From positions 41,540,001 through 41,604,000 of the forward strand of contig NC_090333.1 in assembly GCF_035084215.1 (NCBI RefSeq): a DNA stretch of 64,000 nucleotides, read 5' to 3'. Both the position numbers and the translations under genes were made by a program. Of this stretch, positions 14,201-25,700 are shown in pieces. The notes beneath the pieces are model-generated. The model worked only from the letters and a program-made list of their open reading frames with translations. It made no database searches and was not told the DNA's origin. Each line of letters starts with the position of its first letter. Within the stretch, counting starts at the first letter, position 1. This DNA is from Heptranchias perlo (Eukaryota).

Positions 14201-14942
14201 TAAAAACTGATGATTGGCATGTACAATATTTTCTCTAAGCATTGATAAGTGTTTTACTAGGACCCATAATTTTTTTGTTGTGTGAGACTAAGGAAGCTTT
14301 CATATATATCTATATAGTGCAAATTGGACAATCACTTTAAATATATGCAATTGTTTATTGTTACAAACAATTAAAAAAATTAGATCTAAAAAACTCAAAC
14401 ACAAGTTGTAAACAGAAGCAGAACAGATCAGTGAAATAAATTGTTCAACACACAAAATATCAAAAAGACAGAATAAAATCAATGGAATGAAAATCGGACG
14501 GATTCTATAAAGGGTGAGTGATTTGCTCCGCCAGATTACTGGCCCAGTGACAAAGGCTAAAATTCACCCCGATGTATCCAAAGTCAGACTCAGGCACTCC
14601 AGAACCAGAAAGATTACTGTAGCTACATGGTTATGCTTAAATATGAGAGTACTTAGTGAGTAAAGATTTGTTAAGAAGCTGCAGCAAAGATCAATAGGCA
14701 GTTTTTTACAAGTCAAAGCACAGTGATTGGCACACAGTAATTTTGTTTATCCTCCCCTTAACGTACCAATATTGACTATTAATAATGAGTTAGTGCCTCA
14801 TTATGCAATAAAAGAAAAAATCCTCGGGTCCAAAATCAGACAATCTTGGTTAAATGACATTCCTGCTTTTGGCAATGTGACATCATTTCCTGGCAGAATT
14901 TAAACAGAGATACCAGTATTATTCATGGCTACATTGTTATAT
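11250..14942 (-). other. Candidate PATJ 3' UTR region with several possible poly(A) signals
   Basis: AT-rich sequence after the stop codon. Minus-strand AATAAA at 14354-14359, 12652-12657, 12331-12336 and 11252-11257. The true 3' end cannot be determined without RNA data. Confidence 0.4.
13318..13962. mobile_element. GC-rich non-autonomous TIR element (Harbinger-like)
   Basis: Imperfect termini ggggaattttaac / gttaaaatcagggc. GC-rich island in an AT-rich background. Confidence 0.5.
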
Positions 14943-15089
14943 TCATGACAGCACTGTTAATGTTACAGTTCCTTTTTGCTGTTTCAGGATAGCGACAGCC
15001 TGTTCGTGAGTGACACCTTCCAAACTTTCTCCATTTACAGCTAAAATCTGATCTCCTCGTTTCAACCTGTTGTCATCTGCTGCTGCTCC
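14943..15089 (-). CDS. PATJ: PATJ last coding exon (147 nt): GAAADDNRLKRGDQILAVNGESLEGVTHEQAVAILKQQKGTVTLTVLS*
   Basis: Acceptor tttgcag|, TGA at 14945-14943. C-terminal half of the final PDZ domain. Lies within ORF-track entry 14943..15128. Confidence 0.95.
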   Translation of the reverse strand, partial: GAAADDNRLKRGDQILAVNGESLEGVTHEQAVAILKQQKGTVTLTVLS

Positions 15090-15469
15090 CTGCAAAAGGA
15101 CAACAATAACCAATTCAGTTGGATCCAAGTTCTTGGTAGTTTAGAACAGATTATTCTTTTTTTGTATATTTTAGTTTGCATCTCTGAACCAGCACATTTC
15201 AATCCTTTCAAAGGCCGTACTAAAATACAGCTCAGCATTCTGCAGTTGGTGTAACCCAATTACTTTGGGAGTGCCTCTTGCCAGCTGGCACGATTTGATC
15301 TCTTCTGCTGACGACTTCATGAGCACCCCCTGGTGGCTTACCATCCTTGTTTGAGATGATTTTTCGGTCATTTGTTTTTATGAACTTATTCAACAAATGC
15401 TATGATTCTTTATCGAAGATTACGAGATGCCACATAGCCAAAATGATTTTCATTTAAAAAAAACATGAG

Positions 15470-15870
15470 CTCTGCTGCTCTGATGATTTAATGGGTAAAT
15501 GTACTGCCCAGTTTGTTACTGAGCTGTAAAGACCAGGGAAGTTCCCCAGTACAAACCATGATCTACGCAGAGCTAGCTGATCTAGGGTAGCAATTGAGGT
15601 GTTACAGTTGGACTCATAATCCCTAGATTAAACAGAGAAAAAAAGAATCAACTTTTGATTTCTACCCACTGACTCCATCCTCACTGACAACCAGTGTTGG
15701 TAAAGTTAGGACTTGAGTTCAGCTACATCCTGTCCACGATCAAATAGTTTTCTGACACTTGCTATCTACGCTTACACTTGAAAAATGACATATGGATCAG
15801 GTACTGGACAGTGTCCGTGGAACTACACCCCAGCAAGTGTAACATAGTCATGAGAACAGAGAAGAAAATT
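15470..15870 (+). mobile_element. Degenerate SINE-like repeat (related pieces near 27870-28190 +, 41690-41890 -, 11600-11820, 1930-2110)
   Basis: Shared blocks gagttagctgatct..gggtggcag..ggtgttataattggcctcagtg recur across the window. Confidence 0.5.
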
Positions 15871-16535
15871 AGGAAAGGTCACGTGCATGCCTTTGTATGC
15901 AGCAAAATAATGTTCAATTTAATTTTATAGTCATTACATTCTCATGTGAAATATTTATTTAATTCACCACTGATGGCTTCTACTTGTTTCACATTTGTAT
16001 CCGGTGTCATTACACCGGATTAGTGATACTAGATTTTCAGTATTATCTCCATTAGTGAAACACTTTGAAATGTTCTCGTAATCTAAAATGAAACCTCCTT
16101 TTAGGATTTTTTTTTTCTAAAAACAAAAATCTGTCTCCACCATTGAAATCAGAAGTTATTAAAAAAAAGCTATTGTACTAGGAACTGGATTTATCAAGCC
16201 TAAACTGACAAGAAAAAAGCCTCTTTTTGATGGCTATGTGAAGTAAGTTTAGGTAACCTCACCCAGTTTCTAGTAGTAATTGGCCCCTTGCAAAACAATT
16301 TCAGACTCAATTAGTGGTTTTGGTTAAAGAACACAAAAGGAGAGATGGCTTGAGAAGTCTCATAGTAACAATATTTTCACAGATCAGGTCACCCTGCAAA
16401 AATATTTTTATTGCGAATATAAACTATTCTGTAGTATTTTTTAAATAAGAACCTAACAACAAAGATAACTATTGCTGCCTTCTGATTCAATGTTTGAATA
16501 CCAGCAAGGAAATTTATGAAGAATTACACAATTAC

Positions 16536-16659
16536 CTTGGCAAACACTGTTTTAACATAGATTGGCAGATCTCCATGGGGGCTTCCATGTCCTCCAACAA
16601 TACTGAACCCTAGTCCCTCTGGTCCTTTCTCCAAAGTTATGATTATATTCTGTGGAGGT
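16536..16659 (-). CDS. PATJ: PATJ coding exon (124 nt): PPQNIIITLEKGPEGLGFSIVGGHGSPHGDLPIYVKTVFAK
   Basis: Bounded by ttcag| and |gtaatt, phase 2-0. GLGF loop of the final PDZ domain. Confidence 0.95.
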
Positions 16660-17689
16660 CTGAATGATAAAAGTACATCTTATTCATAATGTTTATGCAC
16701 ACTGTACAACTTTTTATTGTTAGAGTGCTATGCACAGACTGAGAAATTACACATATGTTAACAAATTTAAAACAGGATCAAAACCTGGAAAATAATACAT
16801 TATATTCACCACCAATTGAAAGCAAAATCTCAAAAATAGCCACTGGTAGATCTCCTGTGACATTGCTCAAAGTGAGTTGGAAGACATACTGTTTGAGAAG
16901 GAGGGGTATACCCTTCAATGTATAATATGTTATGTAATACAAGGGGACACTCTTGATAATCCAGCTTTTTTATGTATCATTTTGTGCCTTTCTTATTTTG
17001 GTTTTAATTTTAATATCACATTTTTTTGGATTATTTTTATGTTCAGATTTTGTTTCACAAGTTTTTGGCATTCAGATGAATTCAATTTACTTTTTAACTT
17101 CAAACTTTATCTCACTTGAGATTTTGCTGTTTGTATTACAAGCCATTTGACTTTTTAATGAAAAGTCTTTTAAAATTATTTTATTTTGCATATCTTTTAT
17201 ATCTCTGTTCCTTTTCTTATTATTGCTCTTACTATTTCACGACTATTTCCTGCTCTTATTCACTCACTGTTCCACTTGCAACACATTTTCCTGAATCCAC
17301 ATTTCACTCGCTCACTATCTCTTTCTCTCACACAAGCACACTCACACACACGATGTGGTAAGTAAGAGAACTGCACATATTCACCACCTTCAGCAAATAC
17401 TTCTCATATTTCTTAATCAAAGTACCAGTTGCTCAAAAAAGCTTAGAATGGCCCTAATGGATACATAGGAAAGTAGGAGGTTAAACTATTGCATTAATAA
17501 AGCTTTCCATGCATCAAAAAACTTTAACTTTGATATATAATTCTTTAATGGAACAACATATTTTCATAGGATATGATTTGCGGAAGACAGAATTTTTGCA
17601 TGCATGCAAAGCCATACCTAACTCCTATTTCTTAAGCATAGAATGTCAGACATACTTACAAGGCCTGAGATGGTTTGCCTCATACTTAC

Positions 17690-17793
17690 TCAGGGTCTTC
17701 TGGCCGAATGTCGGATGGTGAGTTCAAGTTGGAACCAGTTGACATAGTTTCAAGCTGGCTTGCGATAGCAGTGATATTTGTGTCAGCTATAAC
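17690..17793 (-). CDS. PATJ: PATJ coding exon (104 nt): VIADTNITAIASQLETMSTGSNLNSPSDIRPEDP(E)
   Basis: Bounded by ttcag| and |gtaagt, phase 0-2. The V-ADTNI-AIA-QLE-MS linker distinguishes PATJ from MPDZ. Confidence 0.93.
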
Positions 17794-19164
17794 CTGAAGA
17801 CAAAGCAAAAAGGACTCGGGTTAGTTAAAAACAGGAAAAGATAAATGACTAGAAAGATGAGTGCATAGTGCCATCTATAGGAAACGTTCTATAGCTTAAA
17901 ATAGGCCATCCTGGGCAACCAAACTAAAGTGGTAAGACACCTGACTCCGCGTCAGAAAATCATGACCTGGAGACCCAGGGCTACCTGCCACTGCTTGCTG
18001 TGAAAGAAGTTAAGAAAGACTTGAATTTATGAGCACCTTATCACGTATCTCAGTAACACTCAAAGTGCTTCACGTTTAATGATTACTTTGAAATGTATTG
18101 ACAATTCTTAAATAGGAAAACGTGGCAGCTATTATACACACCGCAAGATCTCACAAGGAGTAATGAAATGAATGACAATTTAATCTGTTTTTGGTGGTGT
18201 TGATTATTTCATTTAAATGCTCTTGTATAATTATTAAGAATCTTAATTTAACAAAATGCCAATCCTATAGATGTAATAGGATGGAAAATCTCTTCATGTA
18301 TACCGCAAGATGAAAAATAATTCAATACTCAAAGGCATTGTTCATACAATAAAATCGGTCACATTGTTGATAGATTGTTCCATTAAATTAAGTAACTGAC
18401 ATATATAAAACATTAGTGCAGGATTGAGCACCATGAATAGTGAACTCTTTCTAAGATGATTCCTTGGCAATTTATTTATGGGTAGACCAGCTCTTCTGTA
18501 CAGCCCTGTACAATCCTGTTTAGCTTCTAAAGATGCTTTTACATTTATGGGTAGACTTTGAGTTTCCATTCCTGGCATAGAACTTTGCGCAACAGCAATG
18601 CATATCAGGAATTCAGGCATGGAAGTCAGGATGTCCTGCATGATCATCCATCTGTTAAAATTAATGAACAGAAAACTGTGCGGGGCACTTTGATCTCCAT
18701 GTCTAAATTCCTGTCACTTGAAAATCTACACCAAAAGTATGAATTCATAAACTCTACCCTGTAGCATTTCTGCAGTTCTAATCACGGAACTCTGACATCT
18801 GTGCACAGGCTCTCCATGTTTAAATTGCCAAAATCGGCTCTCTTATTCTGACTACACAATCTTTGACCCAAGAAAATGTGGGTCTATGATTCTGTTGTCA
18901 CGATAAGGGAGTCAATGTTGTCAATATGGATACAGGGAGCCAGCACGCTAACATTAGTTTTCTGTGAGCTGAACTACAGAATCAATACATGAGAAATGTC
19001 TTAAATTCCTCCTTGAAGCACATTTGCTTCTTCACATTGTGGCCAGTGACTGGCCTGTTTACACACTGATTGAAACCAGCCTCGTCATCTCTCCTGAGTA
19101 CTTGTATTTTACAGCCCTATGTTACCCCAGTATCTCCCCAAATAGTTCAGCAAATGCTCTTTTC

Positions 19165-19472
19165 TAGCAGCAGAAGGGTCAGTAACCAGAGGGCACAGAT
19201 TTAAGGTGATTGGCAAAAGAACCAGAGGCGACATGAGGAAACATTTTTTTTTTACGCAGAGTGTTGTTATGATCTGGAATGTACTGCCTGAAAGGGTGGT
19301 AGAAGCAGATGTAATAATAACTTTCAAAAGGGAATTGGATAAATACTTGGAGGGAAAAAATCTGCAGGGCTATGGGGAAAGAGCAGGGGAGTGGGGCTAA
19401 TCGGATAGTTCTTTCAAAGAGCCGGCAAAGGCATAATGGGCCAAATGGCCTCCTGTGCTGTAACATACTATG
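19165..19472 (+). mobile_element. CR1 3' fragment
   Basis: IGKRTRGDMRKHFFFTQSVVMIWN followed by the tail cctcctgtgctgtaacatactatga. Confidence 0.85.
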
Positions 19473-20509
19473 ATAACTAAAATGAATTTACCAGGAACTC
19501 TTTAATTTGGATTATTTTATTTAAGAGATGATCCCAAATTCCTAAAAAAATAAACTAACAACCTTGCTATTTCTAGTACTCAGATCTACACTAAAGTTCT
19601 CCTTTAAACAAAGATTTAAAAAGACTACAGATCTATCCAACTCTTCCATCAAGCTTTTAGTCACCCGTCCTAATATCTCTTTCTTTGGTTTGGTGTAGAT
19701 TTTTGTTGGATTACACTTCTGTGAATTTTTTCCAAGTTAAAGGCCCTATGTAAATACAAGCCGCAGTTTTTGTTGTTGAATGAAACAGCTCATAATGCCA
19801 ATGATATAGTCAAGGGGAAGTGATTTATTAGTTACCCAGATCCACTCAGAAATCAACACTTTCACTGCCTCCAGGACCTTTTATGTAAAATTGCAGAAAC
19901 CGGGCAAGCAAATTGCATTGCATGCAATAAGTGTAGACGTTTGCGGTATTTGTTGTGGGGTTTCACCATACCAAATCACTTGTCCTACTTACAGCTAACA
20001 GGTTCCATGGTTATTTGATGAGGTAAGCATATATTAATTATGGAAATATTTGCTAACACCTATTAGCTGTTTCATCAATATCCTTTATTCTTATGCCTGC
20101 ACCTACTACATTAGCATAATACATGCCCATTCCCCTCACACACCATATTTGTAACCTATCTAAATAAAACTGGAACTAATATCATATTTGGGGCAGCTTC
20201 ACCCACGACTGCTGTCCAATGATAACTGGGCTGAAGCTACTAGAACATTTTAAACAGTGATTTTTAATGGCGTTGTGTGAGTGAGATTGTCACAATCTCT
20301 AAACGGTGAGTTTTAAAACCCTGAGCAAGAGAGATATTCCAACTCTGATCTCCATATTTGGCTTCAAACCAGTCTCAGATGTTGTGTATTTAATCATGAA
20401 TGAGTGAAAATTTCCTCAAACTGAACATCAGGAAGACCAAAGCCATAATTGTTTGCTCCCTTGCCACTAACTCCATCTCCCTCCTCAGCCACTTGCTCAG
20501 GCACAAGCA

Positions 20510-21220
20510 TTTATATAGCATCTTAGAGGCACAAAATGCCTTAAGGTGCTTTACAGAGGGGTAAAAGAAATTAAATAAAAAGAACAGAAGCTGAGCCATG
20601 GTGGGAGAGTTGGAGAGGTGATCAAATGGTAGGTCAAAAAGAATGACTTTAAAGGTGGAGAGAGAAATGGAGAGGTGGAAGGGTTTAGGAGGAATCTCCA
20701 AATAGGACTGAGGTAGCTGAAGGCTCATCCACTAATGAGGTGAAGGAAGGACAGGATGACAAAAGGCCAGAGTTGGACCAAAGGGTGCAGGAGGGGATAT
20801 ATGGCTGGAGGAAGTTGCAGAGATCGGCTGGGACAAGGATGTGGAGGGAATTTAAATTCAACAGACAGGTGATGGATGAGTGGGATTTAATGCCGGTCAG
20901 GGTATGTGTTGATTTTTGGACAAGTTGAAGTTTATGGAGCATTGAGAATTGGAGGAAGGCAAGCAGAGCATTGGAGAAATTGAGTTTAGAGGTTACCAAA
21001 ATGTGGATAAGGGTTTCAGTGGCGGTGGGGCTAAGATGAGGGCAAAAGTGGGCAATTTTGCAAGATGGCACTAAGCTGTTTTGGTGATGGATAAGTTGTG
21101 GGGTTTGAACACGACATCAAAGTTTTGCCCTGTCTAGTTCAGGCTGAGCAAGTGGAGGAGGGAACGAGTCAGAAGCAGAGTTTATAGCAAGTACTGAAAA
21201 CAATGGCTTTGGTCTTCCTG
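20510..21220 (-). mobile_element. L2-type LINE 3' fragment
   Basis: ORF TATETLIHILVTSKLNFSNALL...KLQLVQ resembles the L2 ORF2 C-terminus. Confidence 0.7.
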
Positions 21221-22499
21221 AATTAATATCAGCTTTTTCGCAGGATTCATGTACTATATCTTGTGCAGTTTTTAAAAATTACAAAATTATACCACAGTAT
21301 TTGCAAAATATGAAAATCAAATATTAACACAAATTTGATACTGTGACAGAATCAAGTAAATGCAATTAACATTGAAGGGGTTAACTGAGAAATTTTGATT
21401 TTTTTTTTTGCTTTCTTTAGTTTTGCTTTCTGAAATATGAATCTCAAGGGACTGGCTATGCAATAGACAGCAGAGAAAAAATTAGTATGTAAAGGGTAAA
21501 AATGCATCCCAATGTGTGAAGCAGTCCCTATTAGCAGATTTGTTGTGGTTTGTACACAACAGTCAACAAACACCACCAGCCTTTCCTTATCTCATTACTA
21601 CACCTGCTATACAAACAGATTAAATCATGCAATGAGCAAGCAATCCTGCAGACACTGGGTTTAGAGGGTGGTAATTGCTCCCTAGAGACCCTAATCTTTA
21701 GTTAACAAACAGCATTTTTAAACTCTTTTAACATCCTATTGAAGACAGGCAGATAATCAACCTACATTCTTGTCATTTGCATGAATGAATGCAATTATCT
21801 GACCCTCTGGTTTAGGATATGGCTAAAAAGCTGATAACAAATACATGTCGTTAACTAATGACAAGCTACTGTGGATTATCTATGCAATACATACACTTCA
21901 GAACAATTGTAGAAAATGTTTAAATGCTGCATAAACACTCCTGATTAAAGTCCTGTAAAACATAAGACTAGCTTTGCACTAAAGACCTGCAAAAACATTA
22001 CATTTAGGTTTCTCTGCAGCTTTGTTCATGTAACCTTATAGTAGTACTCTGACATCACTGGGCTCCTTCTTCACCAGGAGTTTCAGTAATGTGCTAAATA
22101 TATGTTTTTCCCACTACACTTTTTCTTCCTCATTAAGCAATGTTAAGGGTGTTACACTGTGGATATCAGTTTGAAACTAGTCCCAGCTTAGAGCAACGTG
22201 AAGCTGGCAAACCACTCGGTAGCAAGGGAAAAGAAAGTTTTATGCATGTATGATTACACATAAACGTAAAAGCTCTGCTTAGTGCTGTCAAAATACTGGC
22301 TGAAGTTTAATGCCAGTTGGCTCTTTGGTAACAGTGGCAGTGTTCGGCTGGGTGATACACTGGTAGTACTGAGGAGAACAACATAGAAGCAGTGGAAAGG
22401 AGATGTTCTTCACAAAGAGTGATCAAAATATAAATGACCTTGTGATGGGAGGTATACAGACTTTTTGGATGAGATGAGCTGAATACCATTTCCCATCTG

Positions 22500-22720
22500 C
22501 ATCTATCTTCCACCTCTCCCTCCACTTCCTCTCTCCTACCCTTTCCCTCTCCTCCTATTCCCTTTCCGACCTCCTCCACCCTGGCCCCCTCCTCTTTCCG
22601 CCTCCTCCATCTCCATCTTCCTCCACTCCATCTCCCTCTCCTCTCCTCTCTCCCTTTACCATTCCTCGCGCTCTCTTTCCTCTCCCTTTCCTCGTCCCTT
22701 CCTCTCCATCTTCCCTCTCT
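22500..22720. repeat. CT-rich low-complexity tract
   Basis: Almost pure polypyrimidine run. Confidence 0.8.
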
Positions 22721-22724
22721 CCAT

Positions 22725-25700
22725 AGCAGGTGCTTTAGAGAGGGTGGATCTTTTTGGAACAGAGGAGTATTCTCTAGTCAATGCTACTACAGCAGCCTGG
22801 AGGGAGGTGACAGAGAGTTATTACTGTCCAAGCTGTGGCCCGAACCTGGGAGCAGGTGAGGGAAGAACTTTTCTGAGCTATGCAAGGTTGCCAAGATAAG
22901 TATGCTCAATTTGCATAATGTAACTCTGTTAATTTATAAGGAACCTTAATAGCTCTTCAATGGAAGCTAGATGCAACATCACAAAGAGGCAATGCCCTGC
23001 TCTCCAGCAACTGCTCATCTGCTTTTCCAATGTACAGGCATACCCGTGGTTTATCAGAGCACTCTGCATCGCTGTCACTAAAATACATTTCCTTTGTGGC
23101 CCATGAAATATAGCAAATAACAAACACCAAGTAGCTGCTCACACAAGGTATCTGCACGCTGACACACTCATCATAAAGTGGCTGCTTGTTTGGGCATTTG
23201 GGTTAAACACATCTCTCATAATTCTTATTCCAACATCTGTCCCTGTTCTATCTGCTCACAGGAGAATGGCACATCTTGATTGCTTCAAAGAAAGTTGTGG
23301 TCCTGGACTCCTTATGAGGAGAGGGTCCTGAAGATTCTGGGTATGGAGGCAATAGAAGGAATAAGGGAGGGTGAGGTTACAGGCCTTCCCTGAGCTCATG
23401 GCTAGTATCATTTTTACCGTTATTATTTCTCTCTTTAATTGTTCACTCATGTACTCCCTCACACAAACACACACCGCAGCATTCCAGTCAAACACATTAT
23501 AATGTTTTGCCATGTGAAGCTCTGTTTCAAGGGCATCTTAATGTAAACATAATCAAATATGTTGTATTTAAGAGGAAGCAGTGTCAGAACTCAATGTGCA
23601 GTCTCACAGTGCTTAGTGTCACTCAGTCCTACAGTGAAAGCACCATCCCAGATACAGTCACTCCCCATTTTGGAGGGGGGAGAGGTAGTCAATTAGTTAT
23701 TTTCAGAAGACTAGGTAAAACATACAGCACACATGGGGAGGAACAAGTACAGGTGGAATTGCAAGAGAAGCAACCTGGTAGCTGGAGGATCAGCTTGATG
23801 CAGCAGTTGTTGAGCCCAAGGATTCAGGCTTCACATGGCTTGTGCAGTTTGACAGCTCACATGCAGTCATTGGAGAGCCTGTCTCGTGCTTTGGGGCATC
23901 TATGGGGCTGCCCACAATCCACACTTGTGCAGTGCTGTAATGCACTGTACCAAACTGCAATGGGCTTCTCCTTGGCTGAATCCAAAGCTCAGGCATAGTT
24001 TTGATCACAAATTTTATGATTAAGGCTCTGCAGACCTTGGATTCCAACCCACAGCAGTTCATTTTGTCTGGATTCACTATGCTGGCGAATCAGATTGATA
24101 CAGCCATAATGCAGGGCTTTAACAACCTCATTGCTCCCATGCAGATTTTTGGAATTGCTGAATGAGTGCACAGCCCTGTACTCGCTGGAACTTGCACCGA
24201 TGAAGATGGCGTCTCTAACTGTGATGCTGTATCTGAAACAGCCAGCAGTCCCACTCAAATGTGCCATAGGCCCAGGCAGCCACTGCATCAATATTCATGG
24301 TGCATTTCCTTGCAGGGCCATTTGCACTCGCAGCACAAGGAAGTACTGGGCCAGCTCCAATCTTGCAAGCAGACATCGACACACAAATAGTCAACCAACA
24401 CACTTCTTCCTCCCATTGTAGCAGTAGAAGACACACAACATACAATGTTACAAAAGGGAAGCACTGGAGTTAAATACACTGAACACTCCTGTACTATACA
24501 TAGTTTGTATAAATGGGATTTGGGATTATTCATACTCTACTGTGTCCTGAGAATTCTTTTGTCATGAGGTAGATTCAGATTGTTAGTGAGGAATGTTGTG
24601 TTCAGATGTCTTGCTTTATGCTCAGGGCAATGGGGGAATACTTTAAGTGGCTAGGGCACTGACCACATGTGGAACTGACTGTTCATGCAGTTAGGTGAAA
24701 ATATCTGCTATGAGACACAACCTTATCACTGGGGCTGATCAGCTGCTTGTTTGGGCAGACATGTCTTCTGGCTCTTGGTTGGGGTTATCTTCTATAAATG
24801 GTTGCTCCTGCATTTTTTCTGCAGCCTGCTCCATGGTAAAGCCCCATTAGATGGTGAAGTTGTGTATAAAGCAGGCGGCTACAATAATTTTGGATCTTTT
24901 TGTCAGGCTCTACTGCAGCACCCCCTTTGATCAATTTAAGCATCTAAACCTCTGTTTCAAGATGCTTGACTCAGACCCTGGTGTTTCATTGCATTGCTCT
25001 TCCCATCTTGTTTTAAAGTGCCTCAATTTGTTGAGCTGCCACTACTGCAGTGGGTAGCCTTGGTGCCTAGCAACCATCCATCCAGTCTCTCTAGTCCTTC
25101 AAATAATGGTGGAACCATGGATTACATAAAATAAAGGAATCATTGTAACTGCCAGGGTAAGCAGTATTAATGGGCATGATTCAGTACCTATGGTCAGAAA
25201 CAATGTGCACACTGATGGAATGGAACTTCTTTCTATTCATGAAAGGGTTGACATTGTGGGTAGGAACCCATACGGCCACATGAATGCCATTGATAATGTC
25301 CTGCAGTTTGAGGTATCCAGCCAGACGAAGTGTAGAACTCTATCCTGTCAATTCATCAACTTTTCCATGAAGAAGTTGATGAATTGAGATACCTGGGAAA
25401 ACAAAGCAGCTGTGGCCTTCAGATTGGGTGATTTGACAGATGTCTCCCACTGTTGCTTGGAACAATCCCGTTGCATAAAAATACATGGTTATTGTTACCT
25501 TGACTGCATCTGCAAAGCCGTTCCTGTTGTTGAAGGTTGCAGGTTTGGCTGCAGGAACATGTCATGTTCTGTGGCAGCCTCTTTGCTGTTCAGACACTGT
25601 GGGCTCGATGTTAGCAGGGCTGCGGGTTTGCGGCGGGGGGGCTATTGGGCACGTGGGTAACACGCCCGGTGAAATTAGTCAGCCCCGCACGCGATCGCAG

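Noticed and set aside
23507-24533. Cluster of overlapping ORFs as a host gene
   Set aside because: Lies between the Myb and DDE remnants of the old Harbinger. Most likely decayed element interior, with no recognisable host domain.
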